64,000 bases of DNA from Gammaproteobacteria bacterium (GCA_024234895.1 JACKNJ010000002.1:395565-459564), one strand, 5' to 3'. Counted from the first letter of the stretch, positions 22,489 through 38,428 are shown. Notes: generated from the sequence alone by a model not told the origin. Made by a program: numbers and translations.

Positions 22489-24156
22489 ATGGATAACCAA
22501 CGGTTGATCCTGTCCCTGGGTCTGGCCTTCGTGGTTCTGCTGATCTGGCAGCAATGGCAGGCGGACTATGCGCCGAAGCCTGTTCCTGCGAGCTCCGTCG
22601 CGGAGGCCGGTCCCGCGACTGGCGCCGCCGCTACGGGAGCGAGCAACAAGGAAGATGTGCCTGGCGCGTCCGAGGCCGCAGCCGCACCGCCAGGGCAGTC
22701 CGCCTTGCCGACCGTCCGTGCCGTCGCCAGCAGCAAGCGCTTCCTGGTCGAGACCGATGTTTACAAGGCCGAGATCGACAGTACCGGTGGTGACCTCCGC
22801 CGCGTCGATCTGATTCAGTATCCGGTAGCGGTCGATCAGCCCGACAACCCCTTCCGCATCCTGGATGACAGCCCGGCGCGCACCTACATCGCCCAGACTG
22901 GCCTGATCGCGGGCGAGGGCACAGCGCCGAATCACTACGCCGAGTTCAGCGCGGAGTCTGACCGCTATGTGCTGGCGGCGGGTCAAGACATCCTGCGAGT
23001 CCCGCTTACCTGGGTGGATGGTGAGCGCGTCGTTATCAAGACATACATCTTCCGCCGTGGCAGTTATCAGATCGATGTCGAATACACGATCAAGAACGCT
23101 GCCGGTTCCACATGGAACATTCGCCAGTACCGGCAGTTGCAGCGTTCCCGACCGCCGGCGGAGAGTGAGTCGAACCTGATCTACACGTACACCGGCGGCG
23201 CGATCTACAGCCCGGAGGAAAAGTACGAAAAGGTCGATTTCGACGAAATGGATGATGCCAACCTGGCCCGCAACATCACCGGCGGCTGGGCAGCGATGCT
23301 GGAGCATTACTTCGTGTCGGCCTGGGTACCGCCGTCCGACAAGGCGCAGGGTTACTACAGCAAGGCGCTCGGCGATGGCCGCTACGTGCTCGGCATGATG
23401 TCCGGCCAGCAGGTGATCGCCGCCGGTGCGACCGAGGTGTTCACGGACCGTCTGTATATCGGCCCGAAGATCATGGACAACCTGGATGCCGTCGCAGAGG
23501 GTCTGCATCTGGCTGTCGACTACGGCTGGATCACCTTCATATCCGAACCCCTGTTCTGGTTGCTGGACCGGATTCAGGACATCTTCGGTAACTGGGGTGT
23601 CGCGATCATCATCCTGACCGTGCTGATCAAGTTGGCGTTCTACAAGCTGTCGGAAGCCAGCTACAAGTCCATGGCGAACATGCGCAAGCTGACGCCGCGT
23701 CTGCAGGCGCTGAAAGAAAAATACGGCGACGACAAGCAGAAGCTGAACGCCGCGATGATGGAGATGTACAAGAAGGAGAAGATCAATCCGCTTGGCGGAT
23801 GTCTCCCGATGCTCGTGCAGATTCCGGTCTTCATCGCCCTGTACTGGGCGATTCTGGAATCCGTCGAGCTGCGCCAGGCGCCGTTCGCGTTGTGGATCAA
23901 CGACCTGTCGCAGATGGACCCGTACTTCGTGCTGCCGATCATCATGGGCATCTCGATGCTCATTCAGCAGAAGCTGAACCCGGCGCCGATGGACCCGATC
24001 CAGGCCAAGATCATGATGGCGCTGCCGATCGTGTTCACGGTGTTCTTCGCGTTCTTCCCCTCCGGTCTGGTGCTGTACTGGGTGGTCAACAACATCCTGT
24101 CGATCGCGCAGCAATGGGTCATCACCAAAAAGATCGAAGCCGGCGAGAAGGTCTGA
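22489..24156 (+). CDS. yidC: Membrane protein insertase YidC
   Basis: 555 aa. It has an N-terminal TM, a large periplasmic domain and a conserved C-terminal 5-TM core (..GNWGVAIIILTVLIKLAFYKLS.., GGCLPMLVQIPVFIALYW). Confidence 0.95.
   Translation: MDNQRLILSLGLAFVVLLIWQQWQADYAPKPVPASSVAEAGPATGAAATGASNKEDVPGASEAAAAPPGQSALPTVRAVASSKRFLVETDVYKAEIDSTGGDLRRVDLIQYPVAVDQPDNPFRILDDSPARTYIAQTGLIAGEGTAPNHYAEFSAESDRYVLAAGQDILRVPLTWVDGERVVIKTYIFRRGSYQIDVEYTIKNAAGSTWNIRQYRQLQRSRPPAESESNLIYTYTGGAIYSPEEKYEKVDFDEMDDANLARNITGGWAAMLEHYFVSAWVPPSDKAQGYYSKALGDGRYVLGMMSGQQVIAAGATEVFTDRLYIGPKIMDNLDAVAEGLHLAVDYGWITFISEPLFWLLDRIQDIFGNWGVAIIILTVLIKLAFYKLSEASYKSMANMRKLTPRLQALKEKYGDDKQKLNAAMMEMYKKEKINPLGGCLPMLVQIPVFIALYWAILESVELRQAPFALWINDLSQMDPYFVLPIIMGISMLIQQKLNPAPMDPIQAKIMMALPIVFTVFFAFFPSGLVLYWVVNNILSIAQQWVITKKIEAGEKV
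23104..23119. promoter_or_regulatory. parS-like site GGTTCCACATGGAACA
   Basis: The 14-nt core GTTCCACATGGAAC is identical to the site at 17983-17996. It lies inside yidC. Confidence 0.5.
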
Positions 24157-24171
24157 CGCCGGCTGCATGAC

Positions 24172-25521
24172 ATGAACGACGCCGATACCATCGCGGCGGT
24201 GGCCACGCCGCCCGGCCGCGGTGGTGTCGGCATCGTGCGTATATCCGGCCCGAAGGCCGTCGAGGCGGCACGACGGATCGTCGGTGTGGTGCCGCCGGCG
24301 CGCACCGCCATCTATCGACGCTTCCACGATCGCGCCGGCCACGAGATCGATGACGGGATCGCGTTGTATTTCCCGTCGCCCAACTCCTTTACCGGCGAAG
24401 ACGTGCTCGAACTGCAGGGCCATGGTGGGCCGGTGGTGCTGGACATGCTGATGGCCGCGCTTGGCGAGATCGGAATCCGCCCGGCCCGCCCCGGTGAATT
24501 CTCGGAACGCGCGTTCCTGAACGACAAGCTGGACCTCGCGCAGGCCGAGGCGGTCGCCGACCTGATCGACAGCGCGTCGGAGGCAGCGGCGCGTGCCGCG
24601 CTGAATTCGTTGCACGGCGAGTTCTCGCATCGCGTGACGGCCATGGTCGACGCGTTGATCGAACTGCGCATGTACGTGGAGGCCGCGATCGATTTCCCGG
24701 AGGAGGAGGTCGACTTTCTCGCCGACAGCGGCATCGCGACGCGCCTGCACGATATCGAACAGAAGTTGCAGCAGACCTTGGCCAGTGCCCGGCAGGGAAC
24801 GCTGCTGCGCGACGGGATGAATCTGGTCATCGCCGGGCGCCCGAACGCGGGCAAGTCGAGCCTGTTGAACGCCCTCGCCGGTACCGACGCCGCGATCGTG
24901 ACCGATGTTCCGGGCACCACCCGCGACGTGCTCCGCGAGCGCATCGAGATCGACGGCCTGCCGATTCATGTGATCGATACCGCCGGGATTCGCGACAGCG
25001 ATGATGTCGTCGAACAGGAAGGCATCCGCCGCACCTGGCGCGAGGTGGAGCGCGCCGATCGCCTGCTGCTGGTGATGGATGCCCGTGAGCCGATGCATGT
25101 GGAAGATCAGCAACTGCTCGCGCGGATTCCGCCGCGCCTGCCGGTCACCTTGTTGCACAACAAGATCGATCTGCTGGAGCGCGACATTCCCGACGATGTC
25201 GACGCGGAACGGGCCGAGTTGTGGATCTCCGCCAGAACCGGGGCGCGTCTGGACCGCCTGCGCGAGCATTTGAAAAACGCGGTCGGCTATCAACCTACTG
25301 GGCAGGGGACGTTCAGCGCGCGTCGCCGCCACCTCGACGCCTTGTTCCGGGCCGAGCGCCATCTGCTCGATGCGCGTGAGCGATTGGAGAAGTCGCGCGC
25401 CGGGGAACTGGTCGCGGAGGAACTGCGCCTGGCCCAGAATGCCTTGGCGGAGATCACCGGTGCGTTCAGCAGCGACGATCTGCTGGGGCGCATCTTTTCG
25501 AGTTTCTGTATCGGTAAGTAG
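24172..25521 (+). CDS. mnmE: tRNA modification GTPase MnmE
   Basis: 449 aa with G-domain motifs [12 protein letters not shown] and DTAG, and the C-terminal FCIGK motif. Confidence 0.95.
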   Translation: MNDADTIAAVATPPGRGGVGIVRISGPKAVEAARRIVGVVPPARTAIYRRFHDRAGHEIDDGIALYFPSPNSFTGEDVLELQGHGGPVVLDMLMAALGEIGIRPARPGEFSERAFLNDKLDLAQAEAVADLIDSASEAAARAALNSLHGEFSHRVTAMVDALIELRMYVEAAIDFPEEEVDFLADSGIATRLHDIEQKLQQTLASARQGTLLRDGMNLVIAGRPNAGKSSLLNALAGTDAAIVTDVPGTTRDVLRERIEIDGLPIHVIDTAGIRDSDDVVEQEGIRRTWREVERADRLLLVMDAREPMHVEDQQLLARIPPRLPVTLLHNKIDLLERDIPDDVDAERAELWISARTGARLDRLREHLKNAVGYQPTGQGTFSARRRHLDALFRAERHLLDARERLEKSRAGELVAEELRLAQNALAEITGAFSSDDLLGRIFSSFCIGK

Positions 25522-25523
25522 CG

Positions 25524-27422
25524 ATGAGCAACGAGCAGTACGACGTCATTGTCATCGGCGGTGGGCATGCCGGCACCGAGGCCGCGCTGGCCGCGGCGCG
25601 CATGGGCGTGAGCACGCTTCTACTGACGCAGAATGTCGAGACGCTGGGCCAGATGAGCTGCAATCCGGCGATCGGCGGTATCGGCAAGGGGCATCTCGTC
25701 AAGGAGATCGATGCCATGGGCGGCCTGATGGCGCACGCGGCCGATCTGGCCGGCATCCATTTCCGCATACTTAACAGTCGGAAAGGCCCGGCCGTCCGGG
25801 CGACCCGCGCGCAAGCGGATCGCCAGCTCTACAAGCGCGCGGTCCGTGCGGCAATCGAGAATCAGCCCAACCTGCGCGTGTTCCAGCAGGCCGCCGATGA
25901 TCTGATCGTCGAGCAGGGGCAGGTGGTGGGTGTGGTCACGCAGATGGGTCTCGCATTCCGCGCACGTGCGGTGGTGCTGACCGTTGGCACTTTCCTCGGC
26001 GGTCGCATTCACATCGGCTTGAACAATTACCAGGGTGGGCGTGCCGGCGATCCACCGTCGAACGCACTGGCCGCGCGCTTGCGCGAACTGGCGTTGAAGG
26101 TCGATCGGCTCAAGACCGGCACGCCGCCGCGGATCGACAAACGCAGCGTGGATTTCTCACGCATGCAGGAACAGCCGGGTGACGAGCCGGTGCCGGTGTT
26201 CTCCTTCATGGGCGACGCGGCGGAACATCCTCCGCAGACCCTGTGCCACATCACCCGCACCAACGAGCGTACCCACGATCACATCCGCGCTGGCATGGAC
26301 CGCTCGCCGATGTACACGGGCGTGATCGAAGGGGTCGGCCCGCGTTATTGCCCGTCGATCGAGGACAAGATCGTGCGCTTCGCCGACAAGGATTCGCACC
26401 AGATCTTCGTCGAGCCGGAGGGTCTGGATAGCAACGAGCTGTATCCGAACGGCATCTCGACCAGCCTGCCGTATGACGTGCAGGTCAACGTGGTGCGCTC
26501 GATCGAGGGCTTCGAGAATGCGCACATCACCCGGCCTGGCTACGCCATCGAATACGATTTCTTCGATCCGCGCGATCTGAAACCGAGCCTGGAGAGTCAG
26601 CATCTGCCGGGCCTGTTCTTCGCCGGGCAGATCAATGGCACGACCGGCTATGAGGAAGCCGCCGCGCAGGGCATGCTCGCCGGCATCAATGCCGCGCGAC
26701 GGGCGGGTGACCAGGAGTCGTGGTCACCAGGCCGGGAGCTCGCCTATCTCGGCGTGTTGGTCGACGACCTGCGGACGCAAGGAACCAATGAACCGTATCG
26801 CATGTTTACCAGCCGGGCGGAACATCGCCTGCTGTTGCGTGAGGACAATGCCGACCTGAGGCTGACCCCGATCGCGCGGGAACTTGGCCTGATCGATGAT
26901 TTGCGATGGGCAAGGTTCGAGCGTAAACGTGAAGCGATCGAACGCGAAAAGCAGCGATTGAGCGATCACTGGTTGCGTCCGGGCGATCTGTCCGAAGCTC
27001 GACAGACCCAGCTGTTCGGCGGGCCACTGATCCGCGAGCAACGACTTGCGGAGCTGTTGCGGCGCCCGGAGGTGGATTACGCGAGCCTTACCGGATTGCC
27101 GGGGTGCGGGCCGGGGGTCGAGGATGCGCAGGTTGCCCAGCAGGTGGAGATCGACGCCAAGTACGCCGGCTACATCGACCGCCAGCGGGACGAGATCGAT
27201 CGTCATCGTCGTCAGCAGGAAGCGAGCATCCCGGATGACTTCGACTACGCCACCGTGCGCGGGTTATCCACCGAGGTGCGCGAAAAATTGCAACGCACGC
27301 GCCCGGCGACGGTCGGCCAGGCATCGCGCGTCCCCGGCGTGACGCCTGCGGCCGTCTCGTTGTTGCTGGTCCATCTGAAGCGGCAAGGCGCTGGCGCGGG
27401 CAGTCTGCGTCACCAGGCCTGA
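25524..27422 (+). CDS. mnmG: tRNA uridine 5-carboxymethylaminomethyl modification enzyme MnmG
   Basis: 632 aa with the FAD motif [14 protein letters not shown] and conserved GidA blocks throughout. Confidence 0.95.
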   Translation: MSNEQYDVIVIGGGHAGTEAALAAARMGVSTLLLTQNVETLGQMSCNPAIGGIGKGHLVKEIDAMGGLMAHAADLAGIHFRILNSRKGPAVRATRAQADRQLYKRAVRAAIENQPNLRVFQQAADDLIVEQGQVVGVVTQMGLAFRARAVVLTVGTFLGGRIHIGLNNYQGGRAGDPPSNALAARLRELALKVDRLKTGTPPRIDKRSVDFSRMQEQPGDEPVPVFSFMGDAAEHPPQTLCHITRTNERTHDHIRAGMDRSPMYTGVIEGVGPRYCPSIEDKIVRFADKDSHQIFVEPEGLDSNELYPNGISTSLPYDVQVNVVRSIEGFENAHITRPGYAIEYDFFDPRDLKPSLESQHLPGLFFAGQINGTTGYEEAAAQGMLAGINAARRAGDQESWSPGRELAYLGVLVDDLRTQGTNEPYRMFTSRAEHRLLLREDNADLRLTPIARELGLIDDLRWARFERKREAIEREKQRLSDHWLRPGDLSEARQTQLFGGPLIREQRLAELLRRPEVDYASLTGLPGCGPGVEDAQVAQQVEIDAKYAGYIDRQRDEIDRHRRQQEASIPDDFDYATVRGLSTEVREKLQRTRPATVGQASRVPGVTPAAVSLLLVHLKRQGAGAGSLRHQA

Positions 27423-27430
27423 GCCGGCGC

Positions 27431-28057
27431 ATGGACGAACACGCTGCGTTGCACGGTGCCTCCGAGGCCATGGGGCTGGCGCTCACCGCGGACGCGATCG
27501 ACCGGTTGCTGGGCTACCGCGACCTGATCGCGAAATGGAACCGCGTGTACAACCTGACGGCCGTGCAGGCCGCTGGCGAGATGCGTTCGCGACACCTCCT
27601 GGACAGTCTGTCCATCGCCCGTTTCATCGATCGGGCACCGGTGCTCGACGTCGGCAGCGGAGCGGGTTTGCCGGGTATTCCGCTCGCCATCGCGCTACCG
27701 ACGGTCCCATTCACCTTGCTGGATACCGCCGCCAAGCGGACGCGCTTCATGACGCAGGCGGTGGCGGAGCTGGGGCTTGAGAATGTCGAAATCGTGACCG
27801 CGCGGATCGAGACCCTGGATCCCGCCCGCTTGTTCGGCCTGATCACCAGCCGTGCGTTTTCTTCGTTGCCGGATTTCGTGCGCTTCACGGAGCGGCATCT
27901 CGTCGTCGGCGGGCGCCTGCTGGCGATGAAAGGGCAGCTGCGCGACGACGAAATGCGGGGCGTCACGGGTGCCTGGAAGGTTGAGGTGCACGACCTCGAT
28001 TATCCCGACCGCAATGGCGAACGCCATGCGGTTATACTCAGCCGCCCCGCACCCTGA
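27431..28057 (+). CDS. rsmG: 16S rRNA (guanine527-N7)-methyltransferase
   Basis: 208 aa with the KWNRVYNLTA block and the SAM motif DVGSGAGLPGIPLAI. Confidence 0.92.
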   Translation: MDEHAALHGASEAMGLALTADAIDRLLGYRDLIAKWNRVYNLTAVQAAGEMRSRHLLDSLSIARFIDRAPVLDVGSGAGLPGIPLAIALPTVPFTLLDTAAKRTRFMTQAVAELGLENVEIVTARIETLDPARLFGLITSRAFSSLPDFVRFTERHLVVGGRLLAMKGQLRDDEMRGVTGAWKVEVHDLDYPDRNGERHAVILSRPAP

Positions 28058-28112
28058 GCGGGATTCCTCGTACCCCTCGGCTCGCCGTGACGGCGGGCGT
28101 TCGGGAGCTGAC

Positions 28113-28892
28113 ATGAGTCGCATCATCGCGGTCACGAATCAGAAAGGTGGGGTCGGCAAGACCACCACCAGCGTCAATCTTTGCGCGGCGCTGGCGGCAT
28201 CCGATCGCCGCGTGCTGCTCATCGATATCGACCCGCAAGGCAACGCAACCATGGGTTGCGGCGTGGACAAGCACGAACTGGAACGGAGTACCTACGACGT
28301 GCTGATTGGCGAAGCTCGCGCGCTCGACGCCATCATTCATGTCGAGGCTTCCGGCTTCGATCTGATGCCTTCCAATGGCGACGTCACTGCCGCCGAGGTT
28401 GCGCTGCTGAACGGCGAGAATGGGCAGCGGGCGCTGCGCGATGCGTTGACCCCGATAGAAAGCCGATACGATTATGTGATCATCGATTGCCCGCCCGCGC
28501 TGAACATGCTGACCATCAACGCCCTGGTCTCCGCGCAATCGGTGCTGATCCCGATGCAATGCGAGTACTACGCGCTGGAAGGGCTCTCCGCGCTGCTCGA
28601 CACGATCGACCAGATCGCTTCGACGGTGAATCCGGAACTCAAGGTGGAGGGCCTGCTGCGGACGATGTTCGATCCACGCAACAACCTTTCCAACGAGGTC
28701 TCCGCGCAGCTGATCCTGCACTTCGGCGACAAGGTCTATCGCACCGTGGTGCCGCGAAACGTGCGTCTCGCCGAAGCGCCCAGCCATGGTCTGCCTGTGT
28801 TGCAGTACGACCGGCTGTCGCGTGGTGCCAAGGCCTACCAGATCCTCGCCGATGAGGTGCTGCGCCGCGAGCACCCACGGCAGGTCGCGTAA
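28113..28892 (+). CDS. parA: Chromosome partitioning ATPase ParA/Soj
   Basis: The start MSRIIAVTNQKGGVGKTTT carries the deviant Walker A motif. The ORF-track Met at 27969 overlaps rsmG and is rejected. Confidence 0.93.
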   Translation: MSRIIAVTNQKGGVGKTTTSVNLCAALAASDRRVLLIDIDPQGNATMGCGVDKHELERSTYDVLIGEARALDAIIHVEASGFDLMPSNGDVTAAEVALLNGENGQRALRDALTPIESRYDYVIIDCPPALNMLTINALVSAQSVLIPMQCEYYALEGLSALLDTIDQIASTVNPELKVEGLLRTMFDPRNNLSNEVSAQLILHFGDKVYRTVVPRNVRLAEAPSHGLPVLQYDRLSRGAKAYQILADEVLRREHPRQVA

Positions 28893-28905
28893 GCGGGTGG
28901 AAATA

Positions 28906-29772
28906 ATGAGTGCGAACAAGAAACTCGGCCGCGGACTGGACGCGCTGCTCGGCGCGGCAGCCGGTCGCCGAAACGCGGGTGACGTCGCTGCCGGTGGTGC
29001 CAAGGAGGTCCTGAAGGACCTCGCCGTCGACCTCATCCAGCCCGGTCGCTACCAGCCCCGGCAGGATATGAATCCGGACGCCTTGCAGGAACTGGCGGCT
29101 TCAATCCGGGCGCAGGGCGTGGTTCAGCCCATCGTCGTGCGCCCGATAGGCGCTGGCAAATACGAGATCATCGCCGGCGAGCGTCGCTGGCGGGCCTGCC
29201 AGATCGCGGGCCTGCACCAGGTCCCCTCCGTCATCCGCGACGTGCCGGATCAGGCGGCGATCGCGATGGCTCTGATCGAGAACATCCAGCGCGAAGATCT
29301 GAATCCGGTCGAGGAAGCGGTTGCACTGCAACGTCTGCTCGATGAGTTCGGCCTGACGCACCAGCAGGTCGGGGATGCCGTCGGGCGTTCCCGCGCGGCG
29401 GTGTCCAATCTGCTGCGTCTGTTGCAGCTGCACCCCGAGGTGCGGCGTCATCTGGAGCTCGGTGCGTTGGAGATGGGCCACGCCCGCGCCCTGCTGTCCC
29501 TCGATGACGAGGTCCAGATGCGCGCGGCCAACGAGATCATTCGGAAAGGCTTGTCCGTGCGTGAGACCGAGGCGCTGGTCCGGCGGCTGCTCAATCCGGC
29601 CAACAAGCCCAAGTCCGCGCGCGACCCAAACATCACCCGTCTGGAAAACGAGCTTGCCGAGCGCGTCGGCGCGAAGATCCATATTCAGCACAAGAATTCC
29701 GGAAATGGCCAGGTGGTGATCCGTTACAACTCGCTGGACGAGCTCGACGGCATCCTCGCGCACATTAAATGA
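28906..29772 (+). CDS. parB: Chromosome partitioning protein ParB/Spo0J
   Basis: Start MSANKKLGRGLDALLG. ParB box GERRWRA and an HTH region. The ORF-track Met at 28786 overlaps parA. Confidence 0.93.
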   Translation: MSANKKLGRGLDALLGAAAGRRNAGDVAAGGAKEVLKDLAVDLIQPGRYQPRQDMNPDALQELAASIRAQGVVQPIVVRPIGAGKYEIIAGERRWRACQIAGLHQVPSVIRDVPDQAAIAMALIENIQREDLNPVEEAVALQRLLDEFGLTHQQVGDAVGRSRAAVSNLLRLLQLHPEVRRHLELGALEMGHARALLSLDDEVQMRAANEIIRKGLSVRETEALVRRLLNPANKPKSARDPNITRLENELAERVGAKIHIQHKNSGNGQVVIRYNSLDELDGILAHIK

Positions 29773-29790
29773 GAAATATTCCCCTATCGA

Positions 29791-29819
29791 TTGACCCTAT
29801 AAGGGGCGCTGTCTACAAT
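29791..29819 (+). promoter_or_regulatory. Sigma70-type promoter of the atp operon
   Basis: TTGACC, 17-nt spacer, TACAAT. It lies 67 nt upstream of atpI. Confidence 0.6.
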
Positions 29820-29885
29820 TCGCGCGCCTTGCTCGGTATGGCACGGGATTGTCGCTGCGGTCGCGCCTGAGCTGGTCGCGCCGCG

Positions 29886-31353
<1,468 letters not shown>

Positions 31354-31426
31354 TCGACGAGTCCGGATCGTGTCCCGATCCGCTCCACATCAAGACGTGC
31401 GTTAACAAGACAACCGAGGTTTCGGT

Positions 31427-31897
31427 ATGAACATCAATCTGACCTTGTTCGGCCAGACCATCTCGTTCTTCCTGTTCGTGTGGTTCTGCATGAAGTTTGT
31501 GTGGCCGCCGATCATGCAGGCCCTGGAAGAGCGCAAAGGCAAGATCGCCGACGGCCTCGCCGCCGCCGATCGCGGCAAGCACGAGCAGGAACTGGCCGAG
31601 AAGCGTGCCAAGGAACTCCTGGTTGAGGCCAAGCGTGAAGCCGCCGAGATCATCTCCAACGCCAACAAGCGCGCCACGGAGATCGTCGAAGAGTCCAAGG
31701 GTGATGCCCGCACCGAAGGTGAGCGCATCATCGTCGCGGCTCGTGCCGAGATCGACAAGGAACGCAATCTGGCCCGCGAAGCGCTTCGCGAGCAGGTCGT
31801 CGCGCTGGCCCTGGCCGGTGCCGAGAAAGTGCTGGGCAAGGAGATCAACGCTGCCGAGCACAATGACTACCTGACCAAGATGAGCGCCCAGCTCTAA
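31427..31897 (+). CDS. atpF: F0F1 ATP synthase subunit b
   Basis: 156 aa with an N-terminal TM and a long charged helix. Operon position fits. Confidence 0.93.
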   Translation: MNINLTLFGQTISFFLFVWFCMKFVWPPIMQALEERKGKIADGLAAADRGKHEQELAEKRAKELLVEAKREAAEIISNANKRATEIVEESKGDARTEGERIIVAARAEIDKERNLAREALREQVVALALAGAEKVLGKEINAAEHNDYLTKMSAQL

Positions 31898-31906
31898 GGC
31901 CCTGCA

Positions 31907-32443
31907 ATGGACGATCTCAACACCGTCGCCCGTCCGTACGCGGCCGCCGCGTTCGCGCAGGCCAAGGAAGAGAGTCAGCTCGACCTCTGGTCCGAGATGC
32001 TCCATTTCCTGGCCGACGTCGTACGTGATGCGGACATGCAGGCCGTGCTGGTCAACCCGAAGGTCACCGATGAACAGCGCCTTACGTTGATCATCGATGT
32101 GGCTGGCGGGCGTCTCAACGCGACGGCGACCAATCTCGTCAAAACCCTCGGACAGTTCCGTCGCCTGGCGGCACTGCCGGCGGTGGCTGCCCAGTTCGAC
32201 CGACTCAAGGCGGAAGCCGAGGAGCGCGTCGAAGTCGAGGTGATTTCGGCCTACAAGCTCAACGCAAAGCATCAGAAGGTCATTGAGGATGCCATGCGGG
32301 AGCGCTTCAAACGTGATGTGGTCCTTACCAACCACATCGACCGTGATCTCCTCGCCGGCGTGATCATCAGGGCCGGGGACCACGTCATCGACATATCCGC
32401 GCGCGGCCGCCTGAAGGCGCTGACGCAGGAGCTGATGGGCTGA
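31907..32443 (+). CDS. atpH: F0F1 ATP synthase subunit delta
   Basis: 178 aa with an OSCP-like sequence (VARPYAAAAF..). Operon position fits. Confidence 0.93.
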   Translation: MDDLNTVARPYAAAAFAQAKEESQLDLWSEMLHFLADVVRDADMQAVLVNPKVTDEQRLTLIIDVAGGRLNATATNLVKTLGQFRRLAALPAVAAQFDRLKAEAEERVEVEVISAYKLNAKHQKVIEDAMRERFKRDVVLTNHIDRDLLAGVIIRAGDHVIDISARGRLKALTQELMG

Positions 32444-32505
32444 TGCCCATCATTAACGAATACCGCCCGACGGCACCGAATTCGAAAGGTTCAAGGGGTT
32501 AGACC

Positions 32506-34047
<1,542 letters not shown>

Positions 34048-34088
34048 GACCACGACCGTTCGGTTTTACCGGGGAGCATTGAAGCGAT

Positions 34089-34949
34089 ATGGCGAACGCC
34101 AAAGAAATCCGCACGCAGATCAAGAGCATCCAGAACACGCGCAAGATCACCAGCGCGATGGAGATGGTTGCCGCATCGAAGATGCGCAAGGCTCAGGATC
34201 GCATGCGCGCGGCGCGCCCTTACGGCGAAAAGATGCGTCAGGTCATCGCCCATCTTGCCCACGCGCATCCGGAATACCGCCATGGCTATCTGGAGCCGCG
34301 CGCGGCCAAGCGTGTCGGTTACATAGTCGTGACCTCCGATCGTGGTCTCTGCGGGCCGCTGAACGTCAACGTGTTCAAGTCGGTGGTGAAGGACATGAAG
34401 AGCTGGGCCGATCAGGGTGCGGAAATCCGCATGGTCACGATCGGTACCAAGGGCTCCGCATTCTTCCGCCGCATGGGCGTGAACATCGTCGCGCAGGCCG
34501 AGCACCTCGGCGACGCGCCGGGCGCCGAGGACGTGATCGGGCCCGTCAACGTGATGCTGAAGGCCTACGATGACGGCGAGATCGACCGTCTCTTTCTGGT
34601 CTTCAACGACTTCGTCAACACGATGACGCAACGCCCGCACGTGGAGCAGCTGCTGCCCGTCGTGGCGGACGAGTTGCCGGAACAGTCTCACCACTGGGAC
34701 TACATCTACGAGCCGGACGCCAAGGACGTGCTCGATGGTCTGTTGCAGCGCTACATCGAATCGCTGGTCTACCAGGGTCTGGTCGAGAACATCGCCTGCG
34801 AGCAGGCGGCGCGCATGATCGCGATGAAGAGCGCGACCGACAATGCCGGCGAGCTGATCAACGAGCTCAAGCTTGCCTACAACAAGGCACGCCAGGCCGC
34901 GATCACGCAGGAACTGAGTGAGATCGTCGCGGGCGCCGCGGCGGTCTGA
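34089..34949 (+). CDS. atpG: F0F1 ATP synthase subunit gamma
   Basis: 286 aa. N-terminus is [36 protein letters not shown] and the C-terminus carries [14 protein letters not shown]. Confidence 0.96.
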   Translation: MANAKEIRTQIKSIQNTRKITSAMEMVAASKMRKAQDRMRAARPYGEKMRQVIAHLAHAHPEYRHGYLEPRAAKRVGYIVVTSDRGLCGPLNVNVFKSVVKDMKSWADQGAEIRMVTIGTKGSAFFRRMGVNIVAQAEHLGDAPGAEDVIGPVNVMLKAYDDGEIDRLFLVFNDFVNTMTQRPHVEQLLPVVADELPEQSHHWDYIYEPDAKDVLDGLLQRYIESLVYQGLVENIACEQAARMIAMKSATDNAGELINELKLAYNKARQAAITQELSEIVAGAAAV

Positions 34950-34988
34950 CGTCAAGAATTCAAATACACACTTACCCGACGCGTTTAA

Positions 34989-36389
<1,401 letters not shown>

Positions 36390-36421
36390 CCGCCCGCGAC
36401 GACGACCTGAGGTAAGAGACT

Positions 36422-36844
36422 ATGGCCATGACCATGCACGTCGATATCGTGAGCGCCGAGAACGAGATCTTCTCGGGGCAGGCGACGATGTTGGTGGCGC
36501 CCGCCCAGATGGGCGAGGTCGGCATCATGCCGCGTCACAGCCCTTTCATCTCCAGGCTGAAGCCGGGCGAAGTCCGCGTCGACACGCCGGATGGGGAAGG
36601 CCTGTTCTTCTACGTCTCCTCTGGCGTCATCGAAGTCCAGCCGAACATCGTGACCGTCCTCGCCGACACCGCGATGCGCGCGAAGGACCTGGACGAAGCA
36701 GCGGCCCGCGAGGCGATCGCGCAGGCGGAACGTGCGATGCACGACAAGCAGGCGAACATCGATTACGCCAAGGCGCAGGCGCAGCTTGCCGAAGCAATGG
36801 CTCAGCTACGGGCGTTGGAGAATCTCCGCAAGCGCACGCGCTGA
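36422..36844 (+). CDS. atpC: F0F1 ATP synthase subunit epsilon
   Basis: 140 aa with a typical epsilon N-terminal beta sandwich and C-terminal helices. Confidence 0.93.
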   Translation: MAMTMHVDIVSAENEIFSGQATMLVAPAQMGEVGIMPRHSPFISRLKPGEVRVDTPDGEGLFFYVSSGVIEVQPNIVTVLADTAMRAKDLDEAAAREAIAQAERAMHDKQANIDYAKAQAQLAEAMAQLRALENLRKRTR

Positions 36845-36868
36845 GTTTTGCGGGATTGCGATACGAAC

Positions 36869-36892
36869 AAGGGGGCAGCCAGCCCCCTTTTT
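36869..36892 (+). terminator. Rho-independent terminator after the atp operon
   Basis: Hairpin GGGGGC-AGCCA-GCCCCC followed by TTTTT. Confidence 0.75.
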
Positions 36893-36992
36893 CATTGAGT
36901 GCACCCTGACGACCCTGTCATCGCCGACGGCGAGTGCGCAGTCGGTCGCGCTACACTCCACCAGCACGTTCACCACCCAGAGGAATTACCGA

Positions 36993-38360
36993 GTGGCCAA
37001 GGGACTCAGTGTCGTGATTCTCGCCGCCGGCAAAGGCACACGTATGCGCTCGGCGCTGCCAAAGGTGCTGCACGAGCTCGCGGGTAAGCCATTGGTCGAG
37101 CATGTGATCGACGCGGCCCGCGTACTCGGCGCCGCGGATGTCCATGTCGTCTTCGGCCACGGTGGTGAACTGGTCAAGCAACGCCTCGCCCACTGCCAGG
37201 TCGAATGGGTGCTGCAGGAACCGCAGCACGGCACCGGCCACGCGGTCGCCCAGGCGTTACCTGGCATCCCGGATGATCATCGCGTACTGGTGCTTTATGG
37301 TGACGTTCCGCTGATATCGACCGGCGACATCGCGCCGATGGTCAACGCCGACGATGTCGGCGTCCTCACCGTCGAGCTCGCGGACCCGGGCGCCTATGGC
37401 CGGATCGTTCGCGATGAACTTGGCCGGGTCCGCGCGATCGTCGAATTCAAGGACGCGAACAGCGCCCAGCGCGCCATCCGGGAAATAAACACCGGCATCA
37501 TCGCCGCGAACGCGAAAGAACTTAAGGACTGGGTCGGCCGACTCAGGAACGACAATGCGCAGGCCGAGTATTATCTGACCGATGTGATCGCAATGGCAGT
37601 CGCGGACGGTCGGGAGGTGAACGCCTATCCCGCAGCCAGTGAATACGACGTCGCCGGCATCAACGACCGCGTGCAGCTTGCCGACCTGGAGCGCGCGTAC
37701 CAACGTCGATTCGCCAACGCACTGATGACGGCAGGCGTGACGATCCGGGATCCGAGCCGGATCGATGTTCGCGGCACCCTGACGTGCGGCCAGGACTGCG
37801 AGATCGATATCAATACGATGTTCGAAGGCCGGGTGGTGATCGGCGACAACGTGCGCATCGGCCCGAACAATGTCATTCGGAATGCGGTGATCGGCGATGG
37901 CGTCGAGATACGCGCGAACTGCGTTCTGGAAGACTGCGAGATCGGGGCAGGCGCGATCATCGGCCCGTTCGCGCGGCTACGCCCGGAAACCGTGCTCGCA
38001 GACCATGTCCACATCGGAAACTTCGTGGAGATCAAGAAGTCGACGATCGCAAGCGGCAGCAAGGTGAATCACCTCACCTACATCGGCGACACCACGATGG
38101 GCAGCCGTGTGAACATCGGCGCTGGCACGATCACCTGCAACTACGACGGCGCCAACAAGCACCGGACGATCATCGGCGATGACGTGTTCGTCGGCAGCGA
38201 CACGCAGTTGGTTGCGCCGGTGACGATTGGAGACGGCACCACGATCGGGGCGGGTTCCACCATCGTCAGGGACACCCCTCAAAACAAGCTGACGCTTTCC
38301 CGCGCCAAGCAGGTCACGATCGACAACTGGAAGCGTCCGGTCAAAAAGCCGAAAACCTGA
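36993..38360 (+). CDS. glmU: Bifunctional UDP-N-acetylglucosamine pyrophosphorylase / glucosamine-1-phosphate N-acetyltransferase
   Basis: GTG start with SD AGAGGA 8 nt upstream gives (M)[19 protein letters not shown] (LxxGxGTxM motif), about 455 aa as in E. coli. The C-terminus has hexapeptide repeats. The long ORF-track extension from 36732 overlaps atpC. Confidence 0.93.
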   Translation: MAKGLSVVILAAGKGTRMRSALPKVLHELAGKPLVEHVIDAARVLGAADVHVVFGHGGELVKQRLAHCQVEWVLQEPQHGTGHAVAQALPGIPDDHRVLVLYGDVPLISTGDIAPMVNADDVGVLTVELADPGAYGRIVRDELGRVRAIVEFKDANSAQRAIREINTGIIAANAKELKDWVGRLRNDNAQAEYYLTDVIAMAVADGREVNAYPAASEYDVAGINDRVQLADLERAYQRRFANALMTAGVTIRDPSRIDVRGTLTCGQDCEIDINTMFEGRVVIGDNVRIGPNNVIRNAVIGDGVEIRANCVLEDCEIGAGAIIGPFARLRPETVLADHVHIGNFVEIKKSTIASGSKVNHLTYIGDTTMGSRVNIGAGTITCNYDGANKHRTIIGDDVFVGSDTQLVAPVTIGDGTTIGAGSTIVRDTPQNKLTLSRAKQVTIDNWKRPVKKPKT

Positions 38361-38428
38361 GTTGGCGAACCCACGCGAGTCGCGCATCATCGCCACTCAG
38401 GCACGTCGAAACGAGGTCCGTCTCCCTA

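Noticed and set aside
22443-22489. Looked for yidD (membrane protein insertion efficiency factor) between rnpA and yidC.
   Set aside because: Only 45 nt separate the two genes. No plus-strand ORF of 60 aa or more overlaps the rnpA 3' end. No YidD-like Cys-rich motif was seen.
22378-25362. Very long antisense ORFs. These include the 994-aa ORF here, plus 1412-3013(-), 6243-7694(+), 11594-12952(-), 28038-29036(-), 32491-34053(-), 33924-35570(-), 38426-39349(-), 40332-41798(-), 44760-46319(+), 49362-50828(-), 54514-55941(+), 55951-57393(+) and 61408-62856(+).
   Set aside because: Each lies opposite a gene with unmistakable homology (yidC/mnmE, hao, glnA, glyS, parA, atpA/G/D, glmS, the malic enzyme gene/gltA, mrcA, pilQ, polA, cyclase). 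Their translations are Arg/Ala/Gly/Pro/His-rich low-information sequence, which is typical of stop-codon-poor antisense frames in high-GC DNA.
27264-27272. DnaA-box-like TTATCCACC inside mnmG, and TTATCCCCG at about 18944 inside recF.
   Set aside because: These are isolated near-matches inside coding sequence with no AT-rich neighbour. Such matches are expected by chance.
27969-28112. N-terminal extensions given by the ORF track for parA, parB (28786), glmU (36732), pilQ (48972), glyS (11621), gmhB (14129), plsC-like (14622), the CDF gene (9162), gyrB (17948), the FecR-domain protein (60649) and others.
   Set aside because: The extensions overlap the preceding genes and lack homology. They precede internal starts that reproduce canonical N-termini and have SD sequences or stop/start overlaps. 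The shorter coordinates were used.
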